Below are positions 8,739 through 18,432 of a stretch of DNA of 64,000 bases, piece after piece. The notes below the pieces were generated by a model, which did not search any database, had not been told where the DNA came from, and saw nothing but the letters and a program-made list of their open reading frames with translations. Source of the stretch: a virus; the IMG/VR virus record IMGVR_UViG_3300043395_004142. One strand, written 5' to 3'. Within the stretch, counting starts at the first letter, position 1. Each line of letters opens with the position of its first letter. The position numbers were made by a program, and so were the translations under genes.

Positions 8739-10526
8739 TTAGGCGCGGCCCTCAGGCGTGTCCGTGCCGGCCCTTCTCATAGGGACGGAGGGGCACATTC
8801 GAGGGGATATGGCACCTGCGACCGGATCTGTTGCGGATGTCTTCAGTACGGACCGGAAGCTCTCGGCTTGGTCCCGGGTGATGTTGTACCCCAAGACATA
8901 ATGGGCAAAGACCTCCGCGAAAGCCTCATCGATATTGCTTGCTCCGTAGGTGGAGACTGGAGCAACGGGGGCTGGATTCCTCTCGTAGCTCTCCATCCAT
9001 TCGAGCGTGGCCGGATCACTCTTGAGCTTCTCCTTGGCCCGTTCGTTGTGCTTTTGGACGGCGAAATCAATATAGATGAGGGCCTCACTCACGATCTGGT
9101 CAATGAGCTGGTGAGCCTCCGCGAGCCACTCCTCTTTACCCTCTGGCCTGAGGAGAGAGAAGTTCTCAAAATGCTCTAGGAGCCTCGCCTTGGTCTTATA
9201 CACGTCATCCTTGAGGCTATCCACGTCAGACCCGAGATCCTTATCCACATCGAGGGACATGACGGCAGCAATGATGTCGTCCCCAAAGGCCCAGCCGTCC
9301 TTCCCCACGTTGTCTCGGGCAAGAGAGGTCAGGTTCGCGATATCGCCGTGGACGACATGATACACAAGCCGCTGCTCAGCACGATCTTGGGCTCGGAGTA
9401 CTTGCCGTTTCGAGTCGTCGACGTCCTTATCCTTGAACATCCGAACGTTGACGGTCGGCTTTGATGGGCGAGGCTTCGTGTGCGTCTTGACCAGGGCCTC
9501 GAACTTAGCCCGCTGGGCTGACCCCATCTGCTTGAACCAGAAGCGGTGTCCCAACTCGTGGACCATCAGCTCCACGATGAACACGCCAGGACGCGAGAAA
9601 ATCGAGACGGTGTCCTTTCCGATCTCGTACCAGCCCCCGGTGCCCCCGCCCGTGTTCGGGTTCACACCCCCACAGTCGTTGCACTGGATGAAGACGTTGC
9701 CATACCACGCCTTCTCGAATCCTTTGCTCTTCAGTCGTGTATACGCTTCAGTAAGATACCTCACATACTTCTTGATAAGATCCGTGTCGACGGTCCGATC
9801 ATCTACGATGACCTTGATCCCATGGAGATCAAACTCCCTGAAACCCCCGGTCTCCTGTAGGGCTCGCTCCGAGTAGTTCGCCGCGAGCATCTCGTAAATG
9901 CGGTCGACCCATTTGTTAGCGTCCCAATCGAGCTTACTCCGCTTGACCAAACGGAGAGCGGCTTTCTCGAACCCTACCCTATGCAAGAACTCGTACTTGA
10001 CCCGATACGCGCTATCACTTGTAAGGGCGGCCATTTCTTCCGGCGTCGCAGCCTTAAGCGTCTTTTGCACGAGGCGCTCAAGGGCACCGTTGTCAACAGA
10101 CCACTCCGATTTGAGAAGATCGCCTACGGTAGCCGTGGCCTCCTTCATCTTGTCGAAGATCTGTTGACGGGCATACCAGATGAGATAGGCTTTAGGGTCA
10201 CTGAAGTCGACGTACCCTGAAGTGAAGGGGTCGTACTTCTTGGCGACGGCCTCCAGATAGTCCTTGGCCATCCCGACCCGGTTCTTGATGGAGTCTCGGG
10301 CGGTGTCGAGGGTAACCAGCCCCTCAAACTCCTTCAGGAATCGATCGAAGAATGGAAGCACCCTGTCACGGATAACCCAGCTCCAGTAGGAGGGGTCATC
10401 CTTGAGAGGCTCCTTGAGGATGGCCTTGAGGCCATCCTTTTGGGTCTTGAACCACTTCAACGAGAGGGTGGCAGCGAAAACCAGCCTCTGGTAGCGGCGG
10501 GCGACTTTAAGGGCGATGGCATCCAC
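8739..10526 (-). CDS. HExxH zinc-metallopeptidase-like protein (paralog of 24582..26126)
   Basis: 595 aa. MVHELGHRFWFKQM and a downstream DEAFAEVFAHYVL helix parallel FTHEVGHRFWFRNL and TEAFAEAFRFYIL in the paralog. Confidence 0.6.
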   Translation of the reverse strand: MDAIALKVARRYQRLVFAATLSLKWFKTQKDGLKAILKEPLKDDPSYWSWVIRDRVLPFFDRFLKEFEGLVTLDTARDSIKNRVGMAKDYLEAVAKKYDPFTSGYVDFSDPKAYLIWYARQQIFDKMKEATATVGDLLKSEWSVDNGALERLVQKTLKAATPEEMAALTSDSAYRVKYEFLHRVGFEKAALRLVKRSKLDWDANKWVDRIYEMLAANYSERALQETGGFREFDLHGIKVIVDDRTVDTDLIKKYVRYLTEAYTRLKSKGFEKAWYGNVFIQCNDCGGVNPNTGGGTGGWYEIGKDTVSIFSRPGVFIVELMVHELGHRFWFKQMGSAQRAKFEALVKTHTKPRPSKPTVNVRMFKDKDVDDSKRQVLRAQDRAEQRLVYHVVHGDIANLTSLARDNVGKDGWAFGDDIIAAVMSLDVDKDLGSDVDSLKDDVYKTKARLLEHFENFSLLRPEGKEEWLAEAHQLIDQIVSEALIYIDFAVQKHNERAKEKLKSDPATLEWMESYERNPAPVAPVSTYGASNIDEAFAEVFAHYVLGYNITRDQAESFRSVLKTSATDPVAGAISPRMCPSVPMRRAGTDTPEGRA

Positions 10527-10576
10527 AGCCTTTAGGTGAGATAACTAAATTGGCGTCTCGGCGTACCGAGCCCTCT

Positions 10577-10603
10577 ACGTCTATCCCTATTAGGGATAGA
10601 CGT
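10577..10603. promoter_or_regulatory. perfect 27-bp palindrome in a divergent intergenic region (candidate operator)
   Basis: acgtctatcccta-t-tagggatagacgt has 13-bp arms and a single central base. It lies between the start of minus gene 8739..10526 and plus gene 10669. Confidence 0.5.
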
Positions 10604-10668
10604 CCATAGCAAGGACAACCCAGACGAAATCGCTTGGAGCTGGGGTCCTTCCGGTGTAAAGGGCCCGC

Positions 10669-10869
10669 ATGGCCGAGTTCTACACGACCCATGTTCTAGT
10701 CGAAGTCGAGGTTTCGCACCAGTTCGAGCCCGCGCAAGGGATTCAGCTCGTGAAGGGCAGGATCGAGTGTCCCGCCGTCAAGGAGATTACCGTGCTCAGC
10801 GCGACGAGCAACTACCGGCTGCACGGGCCCCCCTTGAAGGAATTTTGGCCGGTCGAGATCAAGGGATGA
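10669..10869 (+). CDS. hypothetical small protein
   Basis: 66 aa. ATGA overlap with the following ORF start at 10866. Confidence 0.4.
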   Translation: MAEFYTTHVLVEVEVSHQFEPAQGIQLVKGRIECPAVKEITVLSATSNYRLHGPPLKEFWPVEIKG

Positions 10870-11618
10870 CCCTTCCTCGGAGGGACACGTACATCGTCTT
10901 GGGAGACGCCTCGCTAGGGACTCTAGGCCGGGCTCAGGGGCTTCACGTTCGAGACAGCGTGCTCATCCTCGTCCCGGGCCCTTTCGTCATCTCTGCGTGG
11001 CTGCTACGCGCCCCATTGGGGCAGGGCACCGTCACGGAGGCGGTCCTTCGTGGGGAGCTTGCCGCGCTCAACATCGACAAGTCTCGTGTGCGCACGGGAG
11101 AGAAGGTCTCAACCCATAGTCGAGGGTCCAACACCGCGTTCCCGAAGCGTCCCGAAGAGAAAAGCGTCGAAGAGTCGGGACGTACGCAACGGCAAGACAT
11201 CCTCGATCATAGCGAGCGGGATGGCCGATGGCCCTCCAACTTGCTCCTCGTATACACGGCCGGATGCGAACGAACGGGCGAGCGGAAGGTCAAGGCGACC
11301 CGGGATCGGGGTCTTGAGACGACGAACGCTCGGAGCTGGAAGAACGCGAGTAAGGCGGGGATCAACCGGACCGGGTACGCGGGCGCCGACGGGATGGAGT
11401 CCGTAGCTACCTGGGAGTGCGTCGAGGGGTGCCCCGTGGCTTTGCTCGATAGGCAGAGCGGTATTTTGACCACGGGGGCCATGCGGGCCGAAGTTCAACG
11501 CGGCAAGTTCGGACGGCATGGCCGTTACGGCAAGGCAAACGGATCAGGTGAGGGACGAGCCGTACAAGCCAACTCCGGGGGCATCACGGTTCTTCCCTCA
11601 GTTCGGAAGCTTTACTGA
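10866..11618 (+). CDS. hypothetical protein sharing a ~32-aa motif with 17329..17574
   Basis: YIVLGDASLGTLGRAQGLHVRDSVLILVPGP is conserved with the second copy at protein level, with synonymous/wobble DNA differences. This supports plus-strand coding; the exact start is uncertain (ORF track 10767). Confidence 0.4.
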   Translation: MTLPRRDTYIVLGDASLGTLGRAQGLHVRDSVLILVPGPFVISAWLLRAPLGQGTVTEAVLRGELAALNIDKSRVRTGEKVSTHSRGSNTAFPKRPEEKSVEESGRTQRQDILDHSERDGRWPSNLLLVYTAGCERTGERKVKATRDRGLETTNARSWKNASKAGINRTGYAGADGMESVATWECVEGCPVALLDRQSGILTTGAMRAEVQRGKFGRHGRYGKANGSGEGRAVQANSGGITVLPSVRKLY

Positions 11619-11650
11619 CGCCATCTCTTGGTTAGAAAACCTCATCGGCG

Positions 11651-12148
11651 GTGTATGACCCACGCACCATGGGAATGCACGTCTACACGTATCTAGGACC
11701 CTACATTCGCTGTCAGAACACAGATAAGGAAACGGAGCATACGGTGCGATCGTGCTCCAACAATAAATGCTCCAACCATAGCGCTAAGATGGGCCCAGAC
11801 GCCTTTTGCTCTTTGTGTGGTAACCCCGTGGAACTCATCACGAAGAAGAGAAAAGGGCGAGCCGTCGATTGGCACAAGGTCTTCCCCGATGGGACGGTCT
11901 CCTGCAACACGGAGCGGCAGGATAAGCTCGACATCCTCCTTCCGAATGTATCAAAAGGGGGGGAACCACGGGACTTCCATCTAGGAGAGAACAATGAGGT
12001 GACCGTGCTGCCCATTACGGAAGAGATGCGTAAGGCAGAGATCACATGGTTTGAAAGCGCCTTCAAGGAGGAGATCTCGAAAGCGAAAAAAGCTTACGGC
12101 ATGGGTCTTGTCACAGTCGAGTGGGGTCTCGTCACGTACGTTATGTAG
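11651..12148 (+). CDS. hypothetical Cys-rich (zinc-ribbon-like) protein
   Basis: 165 aa with CxxC-type pairs (CSNNKCSN, CSLCGN). Confidence 0.5.
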   Translation: MYDPRTMGMHVYTYLGPYIRCQNTDKETEHTVRSCSNNKCSNHSAKMGPDAFCSLCGNPVELITKKRKGRAVDWHKVFPDGTVSCNTERQDKLDILLPNVSKGGEPRDFHLGENNEVTVLPITEEMRKAEITWFESAFKEEISKAKKAYGMGLVTVEWGLVTYVM

Positions 12149-12182
12149 TAACCGAACCCCCCGCTCGGTGTAATACGAGCGC

Positions 12183-14378
12183 ATGTTCAAAGCTGGCGAA
12201 GCCGCGCGAATCAAAGGGTCTGATCGGATCGTCACCATCCTACCCAACGATCCCATTGGGTCAACACCTCCGTGGCCCATCGCTACTAGCGAGGGGGTCA
12301 TGAACGAGATCGATCTGACCCCGGCCCACCCTTCCGTTCTTGCCACATGCGACGGACGAGATCTGTCCGCAGAAGCCTTCCACGCAGGCCAGGAGGCCAG
12401 GAAAGCCCTCGCAAAGGAGGAAGCGGACGGACGGTCCTTCGTGCTTATGGAGAAGGTCGAAAAGACCCTATCAAAAGCCTCGTTCGACTACAACGGTCAC
12501 TGGAAGAGCGGGGCTCTCCTCGACAAGAATTTCAAGGTGCTGAAGGACTTGTTCCTCGGCCCCAGGTCCCTGAATCGGAAGGACGCCGAGGATCTCGTGC
12601 GCGCCGTCAAGGCTAAGGCGCCCATGGATCGGTGGGTTCGGATCGACTCTGTCCTTCGCATGACGCTGCGGAAATGCCCTCTCTGCGGTGAGGACGACTT
12701 TACCATAGAGACGAACGGCCTCACGGTGAGAATCGCCGGGGATCCGTGCAAATTCGCGAACGGGCTCCCCCACACCGAGTGGGAGCTGAACGTGCCGAGC
12801 GGCAAGCTCGTGGTCGCCAACGACCTCCGGGAGATCTTCCCGCTGCCGGAGGACAAAGACTACGATATCAACACCATCATGGGCTGCCGTCAGACGGCCC
12901 TGGCCTATGCGGCGAATGGGATGTCCCACGCCTTCGTGGGGAACACGTGCCCCGGCGTCTACAAGTGCGGGGACGGTCTGTTCAAGATCGCCAACGAGCC
13001 GCAAGACGAGAAATGGGACGCGAAGAAAGAGAAGTACGTCAAAGTCAAGCCCAAGCCCCCGTTCGAGGGAGAGCAGGTAGCGGGTATCTGCACCGACCTG
13101 TGGTGGTACTCTATCTGCGATCACGACGAGTACAAGCGGCGGTGCAAGCGCTTCAAGGTGAAGAGGGACCGCAACGTCGAGGTCGTCGATGTCAAACCCG
13201 GTGTCTACCGCTTCCGCCACGACGAACACGCCCGATCATACGAAGGGCCGGGAGAGAGCGTCTACACGCGGTTCGAGTGGGTACGGGAACCCGATCCGGT
13301 CAAGGACTTCCTTGCCCACTACGAGGAGGTCGAGGTCAACGCGAACGCCTACGTACAGGCGCAGGTTGCCCGCTGGCCGACACTTTACGGCAAGGCCGAT
13401 CCCCTCAACGTAAAGCGGACAACGGTTCCTTGGTCGAAGATGACTCCAGAGGATCGGCATCACTCGTGGAAGCGGGTAGCTGACGACGTGTTCTGCACGA
13501 TCGGCGGGGGTGTCGAGTGGCACGAGAGAGGCTTCCCACGGGCCAAGGTCGATGCCTCCATCCCCGACGTGGATCCGCCGACCTTCCGGGCGCAGTACAA
13601 CTGGTACCCGTTCTCGAAGCCTTACGGAGGTCTGTTCGCGCCCACGACGCTAGCGCCCTCGTTTGCGAAGCTCGCCTTCCGTGTTCTGGAGTCGGTCATT
13701 TCCTTTGGGACGACCGTGCGGGATGACAATCATTCCCGTGATGTCCGCCACGTTCGAGGGCGAATGATGGTGGCCGTGAAGCGGTACCGCGAGCTGGCCA
13801 AGCGGCACCCGGAGCAGGCCGATCCTGAGTACGTAGCCTGGCTCAGTCAGGAGGGACGTGCCGAGGCGTGGGTCGAGAACTTCCCTCTTGGCCCGGAGTT
13901 CACCGAGAAGCATCGGGAGCACGCGAAGAAGCAGAGGTGGGTCCCCGAGGACGCCTACGCGGTGGCCTTCGACGCTCGCAAGCTTACGGAAGGGCACTTC
14001 GCATGGCATCCCAAGCAGGGCGGATGCTGGGCCCACAAGAAGGACGCACATAGGTATGCTCTTAGAGCATGGGAGGACAACGGGCAGCCCCCCGAGCACA
14101 ATTGCTTCTGGAACTGCCACGCGACCAACACATCCGTGCCGCTATACTCCGTCGCCCGCGTGGTGAAGGTCGGAGAGGTATCTCACATGGGCGAGACCCT
14201 CGTCGAGATCGCCTACGACTACGGAACCCCGTGGATGCAGGACAAGAAGAAGAGGAAGGCACTGGCAGAGGCAAAGGAGCAGGCCGCGATCAAAGTTCTG
14301 TCGAAGGAGGAGTACGAACGACTCCTGCCAGAGGCCATCAAGTTCTACGAGGAGATTGAAAGCGCGGTCGAGGTTTAG
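12183..14378 (+). CDS. large hypothetical protein (731 aa) with CPLCGEDD Cys cluster
   Basis: Long ORF of non-biased composition. Minus-strand ORFs across it are Arg/Pro-rich shadows. Confidence 0.6.
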   Translation: MFKAGEAARIKGSDRIVTILPNDPIGSTPPWPIATSEGVMNEIDLTPAHPSVLATCDGRDLSAEAFHAGQEARKALAKEEADGRSFVLMEKVEKTLSKASFDYNGHWKSGALLDKNFKVLKDLFLGPRSLNRKDAEDLVRAVKAKAPMDRWVRIDSVLRMTLRKCPLCGEDDFTIETNGLTVRIAGDPCKFANGLPHTEWELNVPSGKLVVANDLREIFPLPEDKDYDINTIMGCRQTALAYAANGMSHAFVGNTCPGVYKCGDGLFKIANEPQDEKWDAKKEKYVKVKPKPPFEGEQVAGICTDLWWYSICDHDEYKRRCKRFKVKRDRNVEVVDVKPGVYRFRHDEHARSYEGPGESVYTRFEWVREPDPVKDFLAHYEEVEVNANAYVQAQVARWPTLYGKADPLNVKRTTVPWSKMTPEDRHHSWKRVADDVFCTIGGGVEWHERGFPRAKVDASIPDVDPPTFRAQYNWYPFSKPYGGLFAPTTLAPSFAKLAFRVLESVISFGTTVRDDNHSRDVRHVRGRMMVAVKRYRELAKRHPEQADPEYVAWLSQEGRAEAWVENFPLGPEFTEKHREHAKKQRWVPEDAYAVAFDARKLTEGHFAWHPKQGGCWAHKKDAHRYALRAWEDNGQPPEHNCFWNCHATNTSVPLYSVARVVKVGEVSHMGETLVEIAYDYGTPWMQDKKKRKALAEAKEQAAIKVLSKEEYERLLPEAIKFYEEIESAVEV

Positions 14379-14515
14379 CCCACCGACGGTGGGGCTTCCT
14401 ATCTTGCTCCACGGTGCCATCGATCGCGTCGTTCAAGACCTGCGCACCACGGAGTAAAGAGACGGGCTTCGTCCCGTATGACCACCCCACGAACACTCTC
14501 AGGGGGTAAAGCGAG

Positions 14516-14737
14516 TCATGGATCAAGTGCGGTGATGGCCTTTCGGACCTCGTAGTAGTCACTCAAGGTCCCGTCGAGGACGTCCTCTTCGTTGCCCGTT
14601 TTGACCTTCGTAGGTCCGAACATCGCATGAACAGCCTTCGCGAGAGCATCGGATGCCTTGGCGAGCTTGATAAGGTCCGCCGCGCAGGAAAGGAACGCGG
14701 TATCTGTCGTCGTGTACTTGGGGTTTCGACGCTTCAC
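14516..14737 (-). CDS. hypothetical protein
   Basis: 73 aa. ATGA overlap with upstream gene 14734..15393. Confidence 0.45.
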   Translation of the reverse strand: MKRRNPKYTTTDTAFLSCAADLIKLAKASDALAKAVHAMFGPTKVKTGNEEDVLDGTLSDYYEVRKAITALDP

Positions 14738-15393
14738 GGCGACAGCTTGACCTTTCCCAAGACCTCCCCCGTCGGACCATGAACCATCACGGTCCCGCTG
14801 CTTTCATCGTTCTCGATGAAAGAGGGTTGAGGCCCGAGTGGGGGCAATGCCTTGCCTTCGTCGACCGGCTCCTGGATCCATCCCGTGAGTTGGCACTTGT
14901 GCGGGCATTGATTACCGCTCCATTCGATGCCGCTCCATGTGCCCTTGTGCTTGGGGCACGGGATTGCCCGGAGCTTCTCCCCGCCATAGAGGAGACGTGC
15001 GAGGAGGTTCGACTTCTGGATCTGAAGGAAGAGGAGGTTGACAGAATTGGCATGATCCTCACTATTAAAGAGTTCCTGAAGTTCGTAGAACCTCTTCTCT
15101 TGCCCCTCTTTCGCCATCGCTTCATAGCGGGTGTGACCTGCAATCACGGGCGGGGCGTTATATTTATCCCACTCTTGCTTCGCGGCACAGTAATTCTCCC
15201 AAGCCTTCTCACGTTCGGGGCTTTCTGTACTGTCGGTACCTGGGAACAATTCAGCACGCTTCCGTAAGGCTCTTTCATGAAGAGCCTTCTGCCACGTGCG
15301 AAGGGCTTCGCAATAGCGAGGGATGGGCATCACGGGGCATCCGAAGTGCTTTGACAACTTCGCGAGCATCTCGTTGGCTTCGTCATCGGTCAT
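14734..15393 (-). CDS. hypothetical protein
   Basis: 219 aa, non-biased, with Cys/His pairs (CPKHKG, CPHKC). Confidence 0.55.
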   Translation of the reverse strand: MTDDEANEMLAKLSKHFGCPVMPIPRYCEALRTWQKALHERALRKRAELFPGTDSTESPEREKAWENYCAAKQEWDKYNAPPVIAGHTRYEAMAKEGQEKRFYELQELFNSEDHANSVNLLFLQIQKSNLLARLLYGGEKLRAIPCPKHKGTWSGIEWSGNQCPHKCQLTGWIQEPVDEGKALPPLGPQPSFIENDESSGTVMVHGPTGEVLGKVKLSP

Positions 15394-15495
15394 ACTACCT
15401 TGACTACACCATCTGCCCCTGCGCCCGCGCTGCGCACATGAAGTTCACCGCATTTGAGTAAGGATCAAACGTTCCGAGCATCGTAGATCTAGGGT

Positions 15496-15801
15496 ATGAG
15501 CACCCCGTATACGATCGAGCTGGAAGATGTCGAGATCGGTGACGACTACTACAGCATCACCGCCACAGTGACGAAGGCGGAGAACTTCGACCCGGAAACA
15601 GGGGAATCGACCTCGACCAAGGAGGTTGTCGAGGTTGTCGCCGTGAGCATTTACGAAGATGCCCAGAAGGATTGGCGGGACCTGTCCGAGGACGAGCGTA
15701 AGGTGTTCGTAGAGATCCACAAGGCGGCCATCGACGAGAAGGTCATCGACAAGGCCCATGACGACTGGGTTTCTGCGGGAGAGCGCCGGTACGACAGGTG
15801 A
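15496..15801 (+). CDS. hypothetical acidic protein
   Basis: 101 aa and acidic. First of three consecutive plus-strand small ORFs. Confidence 0.5.
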   Translation: MSTPYTIELEDVEIGDDYYSITATVTKAENFDPETGESTSTKEVVEVVAVSIYEDAQKDWRDLSEDERKVFVEIHKAAIDEKVIDKAHDDWVSAGERRYDR

Positions 15802-16040
15802 GCAAATTCACACTGAGTCAGATCCAGAAGGACGTTTTCCTCAAGGTCGTCCGAAAGACGGTCGCCAAGGGATGGTACCGCGCGGAAACCTCGGGGGAAC
15901 GTGTGACCCTCGTCAGCCTACAGCGGTACGGGCTTCTGATCCGCCGCGTGTGGAGGGGCAATGAAGGGGAGGCTAACACGGCCCGTGAATACCAGGCGGC
16001 CCCCATTGTGCTCGAAACCTTAGGATCGTCGAAGGGATGA
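15798..16040 (+). CDS. hypothetical protein
   Basis: 80 aa. Overlaps the previous stop. Confidence 0.45.
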   Translation: MSKFTLSQIQKDVFLKVVRKTVAKGWYRAETSGERVTLVSLQRYGLLIRRVWRGNEGEANTAREYQAAPIVLETLGSSKG

Positions 16041-16057
16041 CATCGTAGAGGTAAGGC

Positions 16058-16354
16058 ATGACCCACGAAAGCGTTGGCCCCAAACACACACATGACTGCG
16101 ATTACTGCGTCTTCCTGGGGCGAGTGACGCAGGGAGCCAAAGAGGTTGACATCTGGTGGTGTGTGAGCCCCAGTATGAGATCCCTCGACTCCGTGATTGG
16201 CCGCTACGGGAGCGAGGGGCCCGACTACGCTGCCAGCCATCCCCCGGAGGCATTCGCGGACGCGGAGGGCTATGTCAAGCAGGCCGAGCACTGGTACCGG
16301 GAAGCCATGACCCGTGCGAAAGCTCGTGGTCTCTACGCGGGACGGTTTTTCTAA
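16058..16354 (+). CDS. hypothetical protein
   Basis: 98 aa with HDCDYC and WWC Cys motifs. Confidence 0.5.
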   Translation: MTHESVGPKHTHDCDYCVFLGRVTQGAKEVDIWWCVSPSMRSLDSVIGRYGSEGPDYAASHPPEAFADAEGYVKQAEHWYREAMTRAKARGLYAGRFF

Positions 16355-16471
16355 ACCTCGCCTGAAAAGTTTGGGATCCCCCTCCTCTCGTTTCGTAGGA
16401 CAGGGACATGGACATCACCGAAGCCAGCAAGATCTGCGGGAAGCTCCGCAGGTACACCCACGTCACGAGGG

Positions 16472-16876
16472 ATGCGGCGCTCCGCGCTGAGGTGGGGCTT
16501 TATGCAAGAGGTGACGGCGGACAAGGGCTACCTGTCTCGTGAAAACGTGGCGGCGATCCAGTGGGTGGGAGCGACGCCGTACATCCCGATGAAGATCAAC
16601 TCGAAGAGCCGGGGCGCCGAGGCTTGGAAGAAAATGTGGCACCTGTACAACTTCAAGAAGGACGAGTTCGCGGCGCACTACCATGCGCGGTCGAACGCAG
16701 AGACCGTGTTCTCGCAGATCAAGCGAAAGTTCGGCGGGGCCGTCCGGTCCAAGCTATTCCAGGCGCAAGTGAACGAGGTGCTGTGCAAGGTGCTTTGCCA
16801 CAACCTCTCGATGCTCGTGCATTCGTTCCATGAACTTGGGATCGACCCGTCGTTCTGGAAGGGTCCGGCCGTGTGA
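16472..16876 (+). pseudogene. C-terminal fragment of an IS4/IS5-superfamily (DDE_Tnp_1) transposase
   Basis: TADKGYLSRENVAAIQWVGATPYIPMK and HYHARSNAETVFSQIKRKFG match the conserved C-terminal block of IS5-family transposases (ADKGYDS and YxxRxxVExxFxxLK). No N-terminal DDE part is present upstream. Confidence 0.55.
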
Positions 16877-16891
16877 CGGCCCTCCCGCGAT

Positions 16892-17326
16892 TTGCGTGCT
16901 AACCTTCTTACGTACGGTGTAGATGCGATGGGACGAATGACGGACAAGAAGACGACAGATGCCTCGGTGGCCCCCCGCGTAGCCGAGCGGTATGCGATGG
17001 ATATGTTCGCAATGTCCAACCTTCGCTCCACGGATACCGGAGTGGAGGGGGCCGTCATTTGGGTTTCCGTCGGAGAGTTCGCCGGTGCCGATCTCCAGCA
17101 CGGCCCAAGGATCAAAGTCCTCCAAGGGAACAAGATCACGAAGGATGGGTTGAAGGACGCCGTGTCCGTACGGCTCACCGACCCGCCCGAAGTCTTGGGA
17201 ACCCTCCCGGCCAAACTCGAACGCCAGGTCGTCGCTTTCGTCAACCGGAACCGCGACACCCTCCTTCGGTATTGGAACGAAGAGATCAGTACCAGGGAGA
17301 TGCTGGACCTTATCGAGAGGGTCTGA
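16892..17326 (+). CDS. hypothetical protein
   Basis: 144 aa, non-biased. The 356-aa minus ORF over this region is rejected as a shadow frame. Confidence 0.5.
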   Translation: MRANLLTYGVDAMGRMTDKKTTDASVAPRVAERYAMDMFAMSNLRSTDTGVEGAVIWVSVGEFAGADLQHGPRIKVLQGNKITKDGLKDAVSVRLTDPPEVLGTLPAKLERQVVAFVNRNRDTLLRYWNEEISTREMLDLIERV

Positions 17327-17328
17327 TC

Positions 17329-17574
17329 GTGGCTCACACGCCGGGCGAACACTTCGTCGTGATCGGCGGACCCGAGGTCGGGATAGCGGGACGTGAGGCC
17401 GGTCTTCATGTCCGCGATTCGATGCTCGTCCTGGGGCCAGGCCCCCGAACGATGACGGCACGGATACTGGGTCATGGGCATTGGTCGGTTCCGGGAGACG
17501 TTCGGAGGCGGCAAGTGATGGCGTTCGGGATCTTCAGCGATGAGGGTCTCTTGGAGGGGGCTTCTACTCGGTAA
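17329..17574 (+). CDS. hypothetical small protein carrying the GLHVRDSxLxLxPGP motif (paralog of 10866)
   Basis: A GTG start directly follows the previous stop. The motif HFVVIGGPEVGIAGREAGLHVRDSMLVLGPGP matches ORF 10866 at amino-acid level with third-position differences. Confidence 0.3.
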   Translation: MAHTPGEHFVVIGGPEVGIAGREAGLHVRDSMLVLGPGPRTMTARILGHGHWSVPGDVRRRQVMAFGIFSDEGLLEGASTR

Positions 17575-18163
17575 AAGCCCCCCGCACCCGCTGAACCAGA
17601 CGTACACGAAGGATGACGCCGACGTCGCCGAGATCTGCCCGGACCACCCCGAGCAAGAGGGCGAACACTGCGAACTGTGCAACGCCGAGGACAGAATGAT
17701 CACCCATCTCGTCGAAGTGACTAATTCATTTAACTGGGGTAAATTCATGCTCGCGCGCTTCGACGCGGAGGAGTGGCGAAGGCGCAGCGAAATCGATGCA
17801 GGAAGCCTCCTCCTGCGAGGGCGCGGCTGGACACCGCGGCACGTAATGATCCTCGACCTTCAAACAGGGGAGGGGGCTATCTTCCAGCCCGGTGGTTCCG
17901 CGAAGGCAGACCTCCACAAGCATCAGATTTGGTGCTGCCCAATGTTCGAAGTCTTCCTCGATTGGTTCTACAAGCATCCTGAGCACTTCGAGGACATCAC
18001 CACGGTCCCACCTATGCTCGAACTATCCGACAAGGAGGCCATGGACGCCAGTGCCTTCACTGGATATAGGAGGCCGGGACCGGACGAGGAGACCCGCAAA
18101 AAAGCGGAGGACGAAACAAAGGTTGGGATCGCTCCAAAGCGCCGTCGTAGATCAAAGCCATGA
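17540..18163 (+). CDS. hypothetical protein
   Basis: 207-aa ORF. The start is uncertain; internal Met candidates exist. Confidence 0.4.
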   Translation: MRVSWRGLLLGKSPPHPLNQTYTKDDADVAEICPDHPEQEGEHCELCNAEDRMITHLVEVTNSFNWGKFMLARFDAEEWRRRSEIDAGSLLLRGRGWTPRHVMILDLQTGEGAIFQPGGSAKADLHKHQIWCCPMFEVFLDWFYKHPEHFEDITTVPPMLELSDKEAMDASAFTGYRRPGPDEETRKKAEDETKVGIAPKRRRRSKP

Positions 18164-18432
18164 GCAACGTCTACATCGTCGTGCGGCGCGAAGTCGAAGG
18201 TGGCATCTCCCTCGTGGCGGTTCATCCGACCTACAAGGGCCTCACGGATTTCATCCGGGAGCTATTTGGGGAGGGCGCGAGCCAGCGTAGCGTCGAGCAC
18301 TCCTCGCTTCCCGGCCGGATGACGGAGGGCGTCGAGAAGGTCTACCAGCTCTGGGGTGGACCGAATCCTGCGGTGGCCGCGCACGCGAACAAGGCGACCG
18401 ACTACTACGTGCTCGAAGTGAAGGGTCAGTGA
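18160..18432 (+). CDS. hypothetical protein
   Basis: 90 aa. ATGA overlap. Confidence 0.5.
   Translation: MSNVYIVVRREVEGGISLVAVHPTYKGLTDFIRELFGEGASQRSVEHSSLPGRMTEGVEKVYQLWGGPNPAVAAHANKATDYYVLEVKGQ

Noticed and set aside
12471-13229. 252-aa minus-strand ORF and 245-aa plus ORF 12746..13483
   Set aside because: Both lie inside the 731-aa gene 12183..14378. They are Arg/Val/Leu/Pro-rich with no start context, so they are shadow ORFs.
16678-17748. 356-aa minus-strand ORF
   Set aside because: It is Arg/Pro/Ser-rich. It overlaps plus-strand ORFs that show protein-level conservation with wobble differences (16892..17326 and 17329..17574). It is likely a GC-rich shadow frame.
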